DNA of 63,478 bases, filler included, from Gonapodya sp. JEL0774 (GCA_027604505.1; 37 parts of 37 records of this genome joined end to end with filler, not necessarily neighbours in it), one strand, 5' to 3'. Shown: positions 37,492-49,923, numbered from the whole stretch's first letter. Made by a program: numbers and translations. Notes: generated by a model not told the origin, from the letters alone.

Positions 37492-37817
37492 CTACTTATT
37501 AGCCTCTGTAAACCAGGTGGATCGCAGATCAATCTGTTTGAAAACTTTGCACAAGGTCTTGTGGGTTCCAGTCCATCTTTCGACACTCGGGAAAGCAATA
37601 CCGGACGCAACGTCATCAAGCACACAGTGAGAGCTTCTGATAGGCAATTTTGGTACTAGTAGTACTGTCATCACAATATATCCAACACCACAACCAAAAC
37701 GTGCACACACTCCGGGCACGCACCGTGAGGACTGGTCGAAATTCTCAACATGACACAACGAACGAGCCTCTTCGTATATCCGGCGACAAACTTTCGAAAC
37801 ATCCACTAGGAGGCCGG
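37492..37817 (-). pseudogene. Degenerate MYND-type zinc-finger gene
   Basis: CARFGC...KLSLCA**RCVRYCFPECRKMDW, then a frame change to HKTLCK, matches the MYND pattern C..C...YC...C...DW..HK..C. Confidence 0.6.
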
Positions 37818-38874
37818 NNNNNNNNNNNNNNNNNNNNNNNNNNNNNNNNNNNNNNNNNNNNTTAATTAATTAANNNNNNNNNNNNNNNNNNNNNNNNNNN
37901 NNNNNNNNNNNNNNNNNTTGGAAGGAGAGTAGGTGGTGTTTTGTTCGCGTTTGGAAAGAGCCAGGGCGAGCCCTCTTGCCCTTCAGGGCATGAAAGGGTG
38001 CGCCGAGTGCCGGTGAGATTGTAACTGTTGTTGGAGTATCGCCAAGATAACCTGGGCTCTGTATCTGAAAATGGCTTCGTTCCCGTGCCTTCGCCATCAC
38101 CTACGATCGAAGAGTTAATGCAACAGCCAGCAATATCCGATGATGGTTGGTAAAGACGATCGCCTTGATCGGCAGATATCTCATGATGGTACCGGTGAGA
38201 AGTTCTCGGTGACGGGCGGACTTGTAATAGAGTTCCAGGATTCTGTCGGGCAAGAATTATGATCGATGACACTCTGCTCCTTCAACCGGCCTCACTGTCC
38301 GGTGGTTCAGTAAAAGGTGCTTCACGCGACATCAAGCTCGGTCTTCGTGCTTCTTTTGCTATGATCCTATTTTTTCATACGTCTCCTCCTCTCAATCCCG
38401 TGAACGTTTCTTGTGTTCAGCGCCGCCCCCATGTCCCTGATGTATATACCTTGCAGCAACCTGTCCAATACTCACAGCCGCCTCAGCAAGTCCGCCCTGG
38501 TTCCCGAAACTCTCTTCTGCATTGAGAGAGCCTCCAGTGGGGCCTCTGCCCGCCTCATCCCTCTGGCGGCCGGCCCCTGAAAAGAGGTCTGTTTTGTTCT
38601 GGGTGGATATTTCGGTAGGATCTCTAAGAGACACTTGGCCGTACGTGCTCAAGTCACCGAAAAAGAGCTGCGTAGTGTCCAAGCGTTGTTATTCTCCGAG
38701 GAGATTTGAATTTGAATTTGGGAAACTCCGCTATGACCTTTGCTTACTGTGCGGATGACATTGGCCGGCAAGTTGTGACTCACTACTACATAAGGCAAAA
38801 GTCGGCATAAATGTCCTTGTCGTACTCCTCATGTGCTTACAGAACTGCTGAGAATACAACTCCTCGTCCCACAT

Positions 38875-39533
38875 CTATGTTCTTCCCTCTGCTCGCTTTT
38901 GGGATTCTGCCACCAGACTTTCGAGTTTCTCAACTTTCCTTGTAAGCTTCGTCAATTCTGCCAGGATGCGATTTATACCCTCCTGCGAACTGCTGTCCTG
39001 AATATTTGCACCTTCACTCGGGGTAATTTCTTGCCCTCTTTCCACTTGTCCCCGAATGGGTGGTCGGTCGTTTTCCATTCTCTTCATCTTGGAGAGTGGT
39101 TGGCATGTTACAAGCAACAACCAAGTGGCTAGCTCGAACGGGAAGTACACAATCTCGGCCTATTCCAGGAGAAGTAATAATAATGGCCGTGCCAGCGACC
39201 CAATGCAAAGCGATAGGTTTACCCACTAAGATGCGATTCAGTCCACGAATTATGACGGCTCGTTTGTCTCCGGGAACGCAAACAAAAACAAGAATGATAC
39301 GAACTGGCAGAACAAGGAGAATCCGCAAGAGATTAAAAGGTGGAAAGAGGGGATGCCCTGAGCCCATCTGCCTGAATTTGTAATATCCCATGGTCTGTGC
39401 AGAAGGAGGGGATTGGACAGATGTCAGAACTATCAAATCGGCAGTTTTCGGGCTATTTGACACGCACCCTGATGGACATTGAGACTGCGTACTCTTGATC
39501 TGCTCGATCTCCCATGATGTTCGCTGAATTTGG
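38875..39533 (-). CDS. Yvc1/TRPY-like TRP cation channel, C-terminal cytosolic part
   Basis: IMGDRADQEYAVSMSIR is spliced to TMGYYKFR..HPLFPPFNLL; hydrophobic helices follow, then a terminal coiled coil ILAELTKLTRKVEKLESLV. Confidence 0.65.
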
Positions 39534-40506
39534 NNNNNNNNNNNNNNNNNNNNNNNNNNNNNNNNNNNNNNNNNNNNTTAATTAATTAANNNNNNNNNNN
39601 NNNNNNNNNNNNNNNNNNNNNNNNNNNNNNNNNTTCTGTTCGCCGGTGTTCTAGAGTGTTCTACCAGACGAATGTTCTGGAAACCGATGGAAACGCAACT
39701 TAATATATCGACCATACATACGATCGTCAGTGACCCTGACATCGGTCCCGGTCCTCCGTTCAACCAGCAATTGGTTCCGTGAATTGATAAGAGTCCATGA
39801 AAATGCCCATGTATGTGTCCATGTTTCCAGAATTGAAATACAGACAGACACTTGGAGATGGGGGAACCTCTTTCTCGGCGTACATAGCTCGGTCCGAAAG
39901 AACGTACTTAGCTTCCGGGGAGATAGAATATTCAAAAGAAAAAAAATTTGACTCTTCCTCATAAACTTTGGAAGCTTGGATCTATCAATTACTTTCATTG
40001 AGGTAAAAGCAACCGTGCATCATTAGCCGGCAATGAAGGGATGGGTCATCCGTCCGTGCAGGGGCGTCAGACGCATTGCCTCCCATTTTTCGACCAACAG
40101 GCGAGCAGAATCCACCCCACATGTGCGACGTCCGTCACGGAGTGTAGACTCCAGTATTAGAGCTTACGCCTCAAATAGGAACATCATGTTTCCTGCACCC
40201 GCCTCATTCCGGTCCGGGCCGAACATTCTGGAAACAGCTACGCAACAGTCCAGCACTCTCCAGTCTTCCTTCCTCATTTTTCATTTTCACGAACTCCATC
40301 ACCTTCTATCACCACGTCTGGAGATTCTCGCCCTGCAACTCCATACTTACGGCATGCACCTCTGCCTTCTGGAGGCATGCGCAACGTCTCCAGTAATATC
40401 ATTACTTCCTTATCACGAGCATTCGGGGTCTGCGGAGAAAAGCCGCGGAAATCCTCAATTCAGAGGCAGCACGAAATTTCATGCAACGCGATCAGATGAA
40501 CTATTA

Positions 40507-41046
40507 TTAGTTGTTGTCCGTTCTGTAATACATCCTCTTGTATAATACTATAACCCCGTCTTCCTCGGCGCTCTCCGTCCCGTACTCCACAAACCCGAGT
40601 CTCGATAGTACAGTGGGCATATGGGGATATCTCTGGGGCACCGTGTTCACTGTCCACACCCCGTGTTCCGAACATTGGTCCTCACCAGACAATAAAGGTT
40701 CCAGTTCTTTGCGGACCGAGTCCAAGAGTCTCCGAAAAACACCACGACGGCGCGCCAGTGGTGATGTAGAAGCAAGCCATATATGTCTTGTTGTCGTGAC
40801 GGAAAACTTCGATGCCAGAAGTGTGTGTGGTGGACGATCGTGAACGAACACGAACCCGATGACTGTCTCCGAACCTGCCTCCACATCCTCATGAATGGAG
40901 GCCCATACAATACGCCCATTGTGGTCACAGATTCGACGGGTCCATTCTTCTACGGAAGTGTAGTGGTCCGACTGCGGCTGTTTAGAATCTGTAGTGCCTA
41001 CTGGCGCGGAGCCCGATCCATCGAGAGTATCCCGCGCGAATGCCAT
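40507..41046 (-). CDS. GNAT-family N-acetyltransferase
   Basis: VIGFVFV, HIWLASTSPLARRRGVFRRLL (acetyl-CoA motif A) and LSRLGF (motif B); intronless. Confidence 0.85.
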   Translation of the reverse strand: MAFARDTLDGSGSAPVGTTDSKQPQSDHYTSVEEWTRRICDHNGRIVWASIHEDVEAGSETVIGFVFVHDRPPHTLLASKFSVTTTRHIWLASTSPLARRRGVFRRLLDSVRKELEPLLSGEDQCSEHGVWTVNTVPQRYPHMPTVLSRLGFVEYGTESAEEDGVIVLYKRMYYRTDNN

Positions 41047-41349
41047 GATGGGAGACAGACAAGACGATAGATTTGGAGTGTCTGGTCTTAAAACGTGAAT
41101 TTGCATCGGTGGCGAATGGAAGGTTAAGTTGGCCAGATCAACCATGATATACCATGACCTACCGAAAAAAATGAGTGTACGTATCTACATGGAATGGTGT
41201 AATATCGATAAATGAATTTGTTCGCTAATGACAGTTACACAGAAGATTTNNNNNNNNNNNNNNNNNNNNNNNNNNNNNNNNNNNNNNNNNNNNTTAATTA
41301 ATTAANNNNNNNNNNNNNNNNNNNNNNNNNNNNNNNNNNNNNNNNNNNN

Positions 41350-42965
41350 GAAGCAACTCTCGACCATGATGGGACTCGAGAACATGGGGAAGGTGGGAAG
41401 TCGTCGTCTGGTGAGTCACATGTGAACAGAAATGACGATGTGCCTGCTCATCATCGGAGTGCAAAGCCTTCTCGCTCAAAATCGATGATGGAGCAATCAC
41501 ATCAAGTGCTTCCTGATTGGACCGTAGCTGAGGTGGGTCCTTTGGGTGGATCCAAAGTTCAAGGAGATTGTGCGATATCCCCCACACTCCGCAATTCAAC
41601 GCAACGCAATCCAGGAAGCGAAGGCAATGAGAAAAGTGGACTTTACAATCATTCCATGGCTTGCCGTATGCTATACGTCACTCAATGTGAGTGGAAAATC
41701 TGTCTCCGTCCTGAGTTGGTTTGCTGATGCTACGCTCGGCCCTTGATTTGACAAGATTGATAGACTAAATCTGAGCAACGGTACGCGTATAGTCCGTAGT
41801 CAAGACTATACTCTCACTTATTGATTATGATGCCCCATCAATTCGTTACTGACAATTGACCTGATGTGGATTTCGGGTGATGCCCTTCTCCTACGCGGGG
41901 TTCAATAATTTGTGAAGCTGCCATCATTAATCTGGAAACTCCAAAAGATACCCTTATTGCACAATTAGGACTCACGGGTGACCAGTTTAATTGGGCGGTA
42001 TCTGCATTCTATTGTGGGTTCGCTATGTTTCATGAATCTCGTGGTATATTCCACGTTCCACGTCCTTCTGATGAGCGTGTGCTGTCAACAGTTGGATACG
42101 TCCTCTGTGAAATACCAAGCGTGAGTTCCATTGTACTGAACATGAATTAACGTCCATGTCTGAACTGTTCTTCCTACCGCGATCCCGGCAAATAACTTGG
42201 AACCTTCGAAGAACCTCATCTTGACGCGAGTTTCACCCTCTGGATGGATAGGGCGAATTCTTGCTTCTTGGGGAATATGTGCGGTGCGTATTTCGTAGCA
42301 GTCCCAAAGGATGCGTAACCGTAATTCACCTCGGTATAAACAGGCATGCATGGGGGCAACACAGGTAAAGGGTATTGCAGTTTTGATGCATAATTTTGCT
42401 TCAAAAATGGTTCTAGAGCTTTTCAGGGCTTCTAGTCACGCGGATACTGACTGGTTGCATGGAAGCTGGGTTCGCACCAGGAGTGTGAGTGGTAATCGAG
42501 CTCAAAACGACATTGGTGCCGAAGCACACTGAGATCCTTTAATGACGATAGCGCGTTGTATCTGTCGTTTTGGTACAAGGTGAGTGTTGAGGATGATCAA
42601 CACTACAGTCACATGTCCGTCACTGAGCCTTGCGCGCGATCTAACCGTTTCAGAAATACGAAGGTTAGTTGAAGGACTCATAATTGAGTCGCGAACGCCA
42701 CGCTTTCGTTTCTCAACGGAACTATGCCTATTGGCTTCTTCTTCTAGTGTCATCTCGTTGGGCTTGTGAGTTGAATTCTTGACCTAACACACAGTCACCA
42801 TGTTTATCATGCTCTCCGCCTTTCGAAATGAGAGATATGTTCGGTGGTGCTCTAATTTTGTCGTCGTTTGGAGGTCTCATCGCATATGGCGTCGCCAGTA
42901 TGTGAGTGATTCAAAGAATATCCCCATCGCGAAGAATGTTTATTCACAGGATTCACACTCAGGAA
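41350..42965 (+). CDS. MFS anion:cation symporter (Dal5/ACS family), 5' half, very intron-dense
   Basis: RKVDFTIIPWL, IDRLNLSN|AAI, LGLTGDQFNWAVSAFY, GYVLCEIPS|NLIL, WIGRILASWG, RILTGCMEAGFAPG and YLSFWYK|KYE|VSSRWA. Confidence 0.9.
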
Positions 42966-43078
42966 NNNNNNNNNNNNNNNNNNNNNNNNNNNNNNNNNNN
43001 NNNNNNNNNTTAATTAATTAANNNNNNNNNNNNNNNNNNNNNNNNNNNNNNNNNNNNNNNNNNNNCTCCCCTGCATCC

Positions 43079-44278
43079 ATGTTCACCCTTCCCGTCCTCC
43101 GTCCCATCTCTCCTCCCGCTCCTCCAACTTGGCTCGTCAGACTCACCATCGTCCTAACTCGGTCACCTGCTCTGCGCCCACGATCGCATCTGGAAGGGCG
43201 AAATGCCCACCGCCTATATTCTTCCACAGGAGACGCTGCAGCCCATTACGTTCAAAAATTGAAGCGATTGACGACAGAATATGGATCGTTGCGGACACGG
43301 CCTGCCGTCGGGGCATCCTCTGTTCTATCTCTCGCCTCCGTGACTTTCCCGCGACTCTCTCACAGCGACGTATCAACTTACCAGCCGCGCTTCTGGCGAT
43401 CATCCACCCTCCCACCACCATCAACAACGAACCAGCCCCGCTCCAGCCCGTTCTCCTTTCTGCGCACCGCTTACCTCGACTTCGTCGGTCTTCGCCGTGC
43501 CCGATCGCTCCTCGGTCACCCTGCGTACACCGTGCCTGAACAGGTGGCCCAAAACTCGGTGGACGCTGTGATGAGGTACTTTGAGGTGGTTGGGAGGTTG
43601 GCACAAGCCAGCCAAGCGAACAAGGATGGCCTTGGCAGAGAGTTGCGAGAGGTGGCGAGTTCAGCTGTTGGGCATGGTGTTCTGCAAGAAATGATGGAGT
43701 GTGAGCGAGATGGACTGGTGGTAGAGGTGGATGTTGGCAGTAAAACGACAGGAACCGCGGCCCTCCCCCGGTCCGCCTTCCGCTTCACAATTGGCCCACA
43801 TACTGAGGACGGACGGCCTCTGGACGGATACGAGGCTCACGACTGGTTCGGACACGTGAAGTTCATGTTTCCAAAACTGGATGGTGGCTCACACAACCCT
43901 GGTTCAGATGGTGCCGCCGGGTCCCCTAGTCCGACCCCGCCCTCGTCCTCCCACGCCCTCGAACGCTCCCTGGTTCAGTCCGCAACCAGCTGGGGGACCC
44001 GAATCCACGCTACAACGCACGTGACTACCACGACGCCCGTCACGGTCACGGTGCGCCGGAAGGATACGGGCGAGATTGTCTTTCAGGACGCGAAGAGCGA
44101 GTTCGTCGTCGTGGTGGAGTCGGGGGTGGTGAGGCTCCGGAACAGTGATGGGAATGGTGACGGAGTTGAGGGAGCCCAGGGGGATGGTGTGAGGGACGCG
44201 GAAGGCGGGTGGAGGTGGAAAGTGGCAGATGTGGATGGATTGTGGGATCAAACGGGAAGTACGAGTACTGCACCCTGA
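43079..44278 (+). CDS. Hypothetical protein with likely mitochondrial presequence
   Basis: Intronless 399-aa ATG ORF with an Arg/Ser/Leu-rich, acid-poor N-terminus ending RLYSS. The C-terminal WKVADVD is weakly reminiscent of Tim44-like folds. Confidence 0.65.
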   Translation: MFTLPVLRPISPPAPPTWLVRLTIVLTRSPALRPRSHLEGRNAHRLYSSTGDAAAHYVQKLKRLTTEYGSLRTRPAVGASSVLSLASVTFPRLSHSDVSTYQPRFWRSSTLPPPSTTNQPRSSPFSFLRTAYLDFVGLRRARSLLGHPAYTVPEQVAQNSVDAVMRYFEVVGRLAQASQANKDGLGRELREVASSAVGHGVLQEMMECERDGLVVEVDVGSKTTGTAALPRSAFRFTIGPHTEDGRPLDGYEAHDWFGHVKFMFPKLDGGSHNPGSDGAAGSPSPTPPSSSHALERSLVQSATSWGTRIHATTHVTTTTPVTVTVRRKDTGEIVFQDAKSEFVVVVESGVVRLRNSDGNGDGVEGAQGDGVRDAEGGWRWKVADVDGLWDQTGSTSTAP

Positions 44279-44781
44279 TGGAACACTCTGCCCGGAAAGT
44301 GAGCGGATGGTCGAGTTGATTCTAACAGGGAGAATGCATGATCAGCAACCGGCACTGCGTGGACTAATTTACATACCAAACACAAGACTTCTTATTCTGC
44401 ACAGTAGAACGTTGCAACTTTGAAGTGAATATACTTTAGAGACCCGTCACTTGACCATAAGGTTTTTCTGCCCTACGACCCACGGTGATCATCAGTCTGC
44501 CCTCCAGTACATTTTTTCAGTCAATTTCGGGGATGATTGTCCTTTTGTGTGGATCAGTTAATCATTGCAATGTCGAACCTTCTACACCAAAAAAAATGCA
44601 AAATCAATGGAACCAGGCTCCGAGCGAATCTCAGTCTTAACTTCTACTCCCACTGAGATTCTCGCCTGGGCAGAGTCTCGCNNNNNNNNNNNNNNNNNNN
44701 NNNNNNNNNNNNNNNNNNNNNNNNNTTAATTAATTAANNNNNNNNNNNNNNNNNNNNNNNNNNNNNNNNNNNNNNNNNNNN

Positions 44782-45615
44782 GCGATGGCTCCGTTTCGAA
44801 TGGACTCAGGATCACTCCGTATGGACCTGATTCCCTTTAGTACATCGCTCTCCAAGAAGACGAAGTGCAACTCATGCCAGGTGACATGGTGATTGTTCAC
44901 AGCGTATTCCGGGATGGTTGGTCACTAGGAACAAACGTGAGTTGGTGTTGGGCGCGCCTCGTTGTAAGTACACCATTGCTAATGATCGTCACCGTCCACT
45001 ATTCCACAGATCAATACGGGGGTTCTTGGTGCCTTGTGAGTAATTTTTTATTTCGTCGCGTTTGCGCAACGTATATTCTGAGCCGTGTTCCCGAAACACT
45101 GTGCTGCATATACCATAGTCCTGTGTGAGTACGGATTCAGTGCGAAAGTTCCTGTAACATCCATCATAAGTGATTTGGTTTTGCGAAATAACACAAAACA
45201 CAGTGATTGCCTCGATCTTGGCCCCCTCAACTTCTTGATGGCGGGCGCACTCCAGGGAAACCGCTTCGAGTCTCGCACCGCAAGTATTCAAATCCCCCGA
45301 TCATCCAGCATCAACGCCACTCGCGCCGGATCGTCACAATGGACAGGATCAACAAAATCGTCTAGTGGAAGCTCCAACCACACACTCGCGATTGGTGATG
45401 TTCGTGGCCCGGTGTCTCCGAGCAAGCGCATGCCTCCACCGTCAGGGTACTCCATCTCCCAGTTTAGATCCACAGCAATACCGTTGATTCCTTCGGAAGT
45501 TGTGGAGCTACAGAGTTACTCGAATTGGTTACCACCGGATGGAGTTTCGCCGTCACGGAGGACCGCGACCGGTCCGAAGTCGAGTGTGCGATATTCTGGG
45601 GGCGTTGCGGGATAG
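44782..45615 (+). CDS. SH3-domain protein, 3' part
   Basis: YIALQEDEVQLMPGDMVIVHSVFRDGWSLGTN...FPKHC, split by introns, followed by an S/P-rich tail. Confidence 0.75.
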
Positions 45616-47432
45616 CATATACATATCGTGAAAGTGAGCCAGCAGGCTGTACTCGTGTGCTCATAGTTACTCCGTCGATATACATAGACAGTTTTGATGT
45701 GATATATTTATCGGTTGTTCGGACAGGACAGCATAAGCCCCGCAACGGTAGTATAAACACTGCCTTCTCACTTTCGAAGTTATAATGAGTAACAGGCTGT
45801 CCTCTTGCTGGCGAAAAACGCTTCTCGGACATGAGGCGATGGCGGAGTCAACTCTGCACCCTTATTTTTACGGGAAAAACCCCGGATGCCGTTTCTCACA
45901 AAATAGCACAGTTCATTGACAGAAGAAGCCATCAGGAGTCTCATTTGATCATACAAGCGGATTGTCGTTCCTGGAAACGGCTGTGATTTGTCTTCAAGAC
46001 GAATACGCTGTCCTTTCATTGAATTTGAATGAGCAGTGGCATTTCGATGCCGACGCACCAAACGTCCCGGATCTCGCAAACATTCACTCGATAGAATCTG
46101 CGATGCGTAGGACACTGGGATTGTCTGTGATGCTCTTGGTGATGGGGGGAATGACGTTCTTTGGTGAGCTCCTCAGGTAGCACCGGATGTGGGAATCACT
46201 CAACTCAAGCCATCTCGCAGTCGAAGTCGCTCCATCAGAAGCACAAACTCTCCACGATTCTCCTGCCTCTCTATCGGAAATCGAATCGCTCGGTCTGTTC
46301 GGTCCAACCACTCAAAATACCCACGTCCTTTTCGAAAGAGCACCCATCTGTCCAATATTCTGCGAAGAGGGTACCACTCTCTGTCGTACAACCTGCANNN
46401 NNNNNNNNNNNNNNNNNNNNNNNNNNNNNNNNNNNNNNNNNTTAATTAATTAANNNNNNNNNNNNNNNNNNNNNNNNNNNNNNNNNNNNNNNNNNNNAGA
46501 AGAAAACAAGTTTGCAATATTACGCATGATATAATTTAGTTGATCTGTCCAATGCATCAGTAGAGCCTCGCGCTATCTTGTTTCCCGTCGGTGAGAATTG
46601 CTAACTGCCCGACAGTTTTATTGCAGGAAGGGCTGCAGAAGGGCAAATGATTTACCGATAGCAGATGTACAGCATAGTATGTTTGGTCCCACCAATGCTA
46701 GGCTATCCCTTCCACATGCGGTTGTGAGTCTTGTGCGGTTTGCGCCCACCAGGCTGATCGGATCAATGTTGATCACGTCCTCAACGCCCCTTTCCCACAG
46801 ACTGCAGAAAGTCAAAAACTTAGTACATGCAGATACTTGATCCTCCAACCAGTGTTGAGTTTTCTTCTTTCTCCCTTTTTTGGACCACTGAAAGTGGAGG
46901 AAGGGTGAGGATAAATGATAATGATGAGTTGCAGAGTCAAATATAACTATAGAACACTGGCTCCCCATCAGAATACACAGAAGTGTTTTGAGAAAGAATT
47001 CGGCGCATGGTCAACCCCTCAACTCTCACAGAATTTGTTCTGCGAGCTGACGTTAGCACTAGTGGTGTGTGGAAAGTCAGACGTTGATCCTTTCCTACCG
47101 AGTGATTTCGACGATTCAAAGGCCTTGCGCCAACTGAGACCGTTTGATGTTTGTTATTGCTGTTTGTTTGGGAGAGACCGGTTTGTCATGGGGCTCAAGA
47201 GCATTCGAACCCCTAGTGAATGCCGTACCTTTTATTGACCCAGTTCCGCATCCCGTTTGTCTACTCCTTCTATTTCGAGCGTAAAAAGACACAAAGCGCG
47301 CGGAATCTCCTCATCAGCGTCGAAATCTGCTCCACCTTCCCCCTTCTCATATACTCCGGCCTCCGGTCTTGGCGATCACGATCCTTGGCTGCAAATTAAC
47401 TTTTCCCTTCACAAACCTATCCTGCTCTTGCG

Positions 47433-48111
47433 ATGTATCCGTCAGAGCGTTTTCTGCTATCAGTCGCAGCCCTCGTCGGGGTGTTGGTTCTCGTGCCTGG
47501 GGCCTGGGCATTCACGAACGGATCTCTCATTCCCTCTTATATCTGTGACAACTTCGACATGGCGAACGGAGCGCCGCAGTCTCTCGGGATGGTCGTACCC
47601 TATCTGCAGGTTTGTACTCGTGGCGGTCGCCAAAATCGCTTTGTTGCGCAGTGCTTCACATCGTCTGTGTCTTTCCCGCGTTTCACAGGAGGACGACGCG
47701 ATGATGAAAATTGCCGGATATCACAAGATGCTCACTGCCCCTTACATGGCCCAAGACTTGTGCACTGCGATGATCGTCGATTGCCCTGAAGGTGAGCTCG
47801 ACTTCCACATTACAGCTCCTTCTGCTTCGTGCATAACCGGTCTTCTTTCCCGAATGGTACTCAAATGTCCACCAAATCCCATTATTTTTAGTAACCCAAA
47901 ATGCTACGTTCCAAGTGAAGACCAAAAACGCTACTCACGCGCTCCTCGGTCTTATCATGTGGATTCAAGACTTCCCGGCCCCCAACATGCCCCGCCACAT
48001 CGGTACCTTCACCAGCCCCGGCAAGAACATGATGCACTACCCGTGGCGTGGATGCGGCAAGATGGGCTCCACCGTAGTACACACCACCGCGCTCGACGAC
48101 GGCAACCCCAC
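47433..48111 (+). CDS. Secreted protein with Reeler-like domain, 5' part
   Basis: Signal peptide ends at GAWA|F, followed by FTNGS...C. The later exon LLGLIMWIQ...HIGTF....C....STVVHT resembles the Reeler GF...A....G.F...C....VTH pattern. Confidence 0.55.
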
Positions 48112-48304
48112 NNNNNNNNNNNNNNNNNNNNNNNNNNNNNNNNNNNNNNNNNNNNTTAATTAATTAANNNNNNNNNNNNNNNNNNNNNNNNNNNNNNNNN
48201 NNNNNNNNNNNGGGAAGTATAGGTGAATAAGAAGAGCTCCTCCAACATTAGTCCCACTGGTCACACTGCCACACTCCACGCTGTTTGCTGGTTGGAGGTA
48301 TGTA

Positions 48305-49366
48305 GTGCTCGTCTGGATACCATTCTTGTTTTGCATCATCGTCTCACCAAGTTGTGCTCAGTTCACTGCTACACTTCCATCCGTTTTGCCTGGCATATAC
48401 CTCCCTCTTCTTCATATCTCGTTCACTACACCAAATGCATCCTCTATCTATGACATTCATGTTGAGACATGGTGTGAGATTGACCCTCTTTTGCACAAAG
48501 GCGTAAACGTCCAGCCAAACGAATGCGGCAAAGATGGCCTCCTTCCCTTGGGATTTGATCCAGCAGATACAGGCGTACTTTCATATGTACCTTTCCTCGA
48601 CCGACCCTTCCTTACCATGAAGGGACCTTCCGTGCGGCCTACGGGATCCTCCGAATCAGCTCTGATCCTCACCCCCGCTTCGCGGTTTTCCTTCTCCCAC
48701 GGAAGATCTGCTCGTGGTGCTCGAGGCGCTCGCTGGAACCTGGCTCCCGAACCAATGGAATGGGTTGCCATCGCCCCTGATGCCAATTTACCTTCATCGT
48801 CGGACGAAGCACCAGGGGGGTTCATTGTGGTTCCAGAAGCAATCACAATGGATGAAGAATATTCGGGGGAGATGAGATCAGGAAAACGTCACGCTTCTGT
48901 CAATCAAGCTCGTGTAATTTGTCGCGTACATAACCTGACGGGGCAATGGAAATCGGGGCTGCGTGTCGCCGGATTCGAGCTGAAGCGTCTTCCAGATACC
49001 GCCTTTGTTGGGGATGGTGCGTCTCCTGCTGCACAGGATGCTTTAGAAGCTCTCAATGGTTTGACTCAAGGTCGTGTGAGCCTTGATGACCCACAGCAAG
49101 GATTTCCGTACCAATCTCCTGCGAGTTGGGTAACTACTTGGCGCGATCCTTTCGTCTTTTGGAGTGACGAAGAAATCCGATGGTATCTCGGTACTTCCAC
49201 GGCAGCTGATCTGACCTCGGAATCCCAACGGTTGGGACGAACGGCGAATGATCACGACGGATGGACTCTATCTACAACGGGAAGGATAGTTGTCGATGCA
49301 ATTCAGACGGGAGTAGATGCTGTTGCAAGAGGAGCTGGACGATTTGCCGGTATGTTCTGGCAATAG
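48305..49366 (+). CDS. Hypothetical protein with signal-peptide-like N-terminus
   Basis: 353-codon ORF with a hydrophobic start ending SPSCA|Q; the true start or first exon is uncertain and no family was recognised. Confidence 0.55.
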   Translation: MLVWIPFLFCIIVSPSCAQFTATLPSVLPGIYLPLLHISFTTPNASSIYDIHVETWCEIDPLLHKGVNVQPNECGKDGLLPLGFDPADTGVLSYVPFLDRPFLTMKGPSVRPTGSSESALILTPASRFSFSHGRSARGARGARWNLAPEPMEWVAIAPDANLPSSSDEAPGGFIVVPEAITMDEEYSGEMRSGKRHASVNQARVICRVHNLTGQWKSGLRVAGFELKRLPDTAFVGDGASPAAQDALEALNGLTQGRVSLDDPQQGFPYQSPASWVTTWRDPFVFWSDEEIRWYLGTSTAADLTSESQRLGRTANDHDGWTLSTTGRIVVDAIQTGVDAVARGAGRFAGMFWQ

Positions 49367-49923
49367 CAAGAGTTGGTCTGCGACGATGCCCGAGAAGTGA
49401 ATCAGCCCGAACTTACAAGCGGGTGCGCCTGAGACGGAAACCAATTGAACAATTACGCTTGGTACCTACTCTCAACATCATATATTCACGCAGTGTCTTA
49501 GTTTTATGCGAAGTCTTCCAAATGTACTGAGGATGTTGTTTGTTCTGCATGTATAACAACTATACGGTGGTCCTCCAAGGGTTGACCACGCATCTGTATG
49601 ATTCACCCTCTCTATTATCAAAATTCAACAACCTTATACTAGTTACACGATGGTTTCTCTGACAATCCCTTGAAACGGGATTCCACAATTAGGGTCACCT
49701 CCGGTCACCCGCTCGCGGTTCAAGTGGAGCGAGGGCCCATGCGCAGTTACTCGTAGTTTTTGTAGAGTATCGTGCCTCAGCTCGCACGAAACACGCGAGG
49801 ACTGTGTTCGGAGGAAGCTGTTGNNNNNNNNNNNNNNNNNNNNNNNNNNNNNNNNNNNNNNNNNNNNTTAATTAATTAANNNNNNNNNNNNNNNNNNNNN
49901 NNNNNNNNNNNNNNNNNNNNNNN

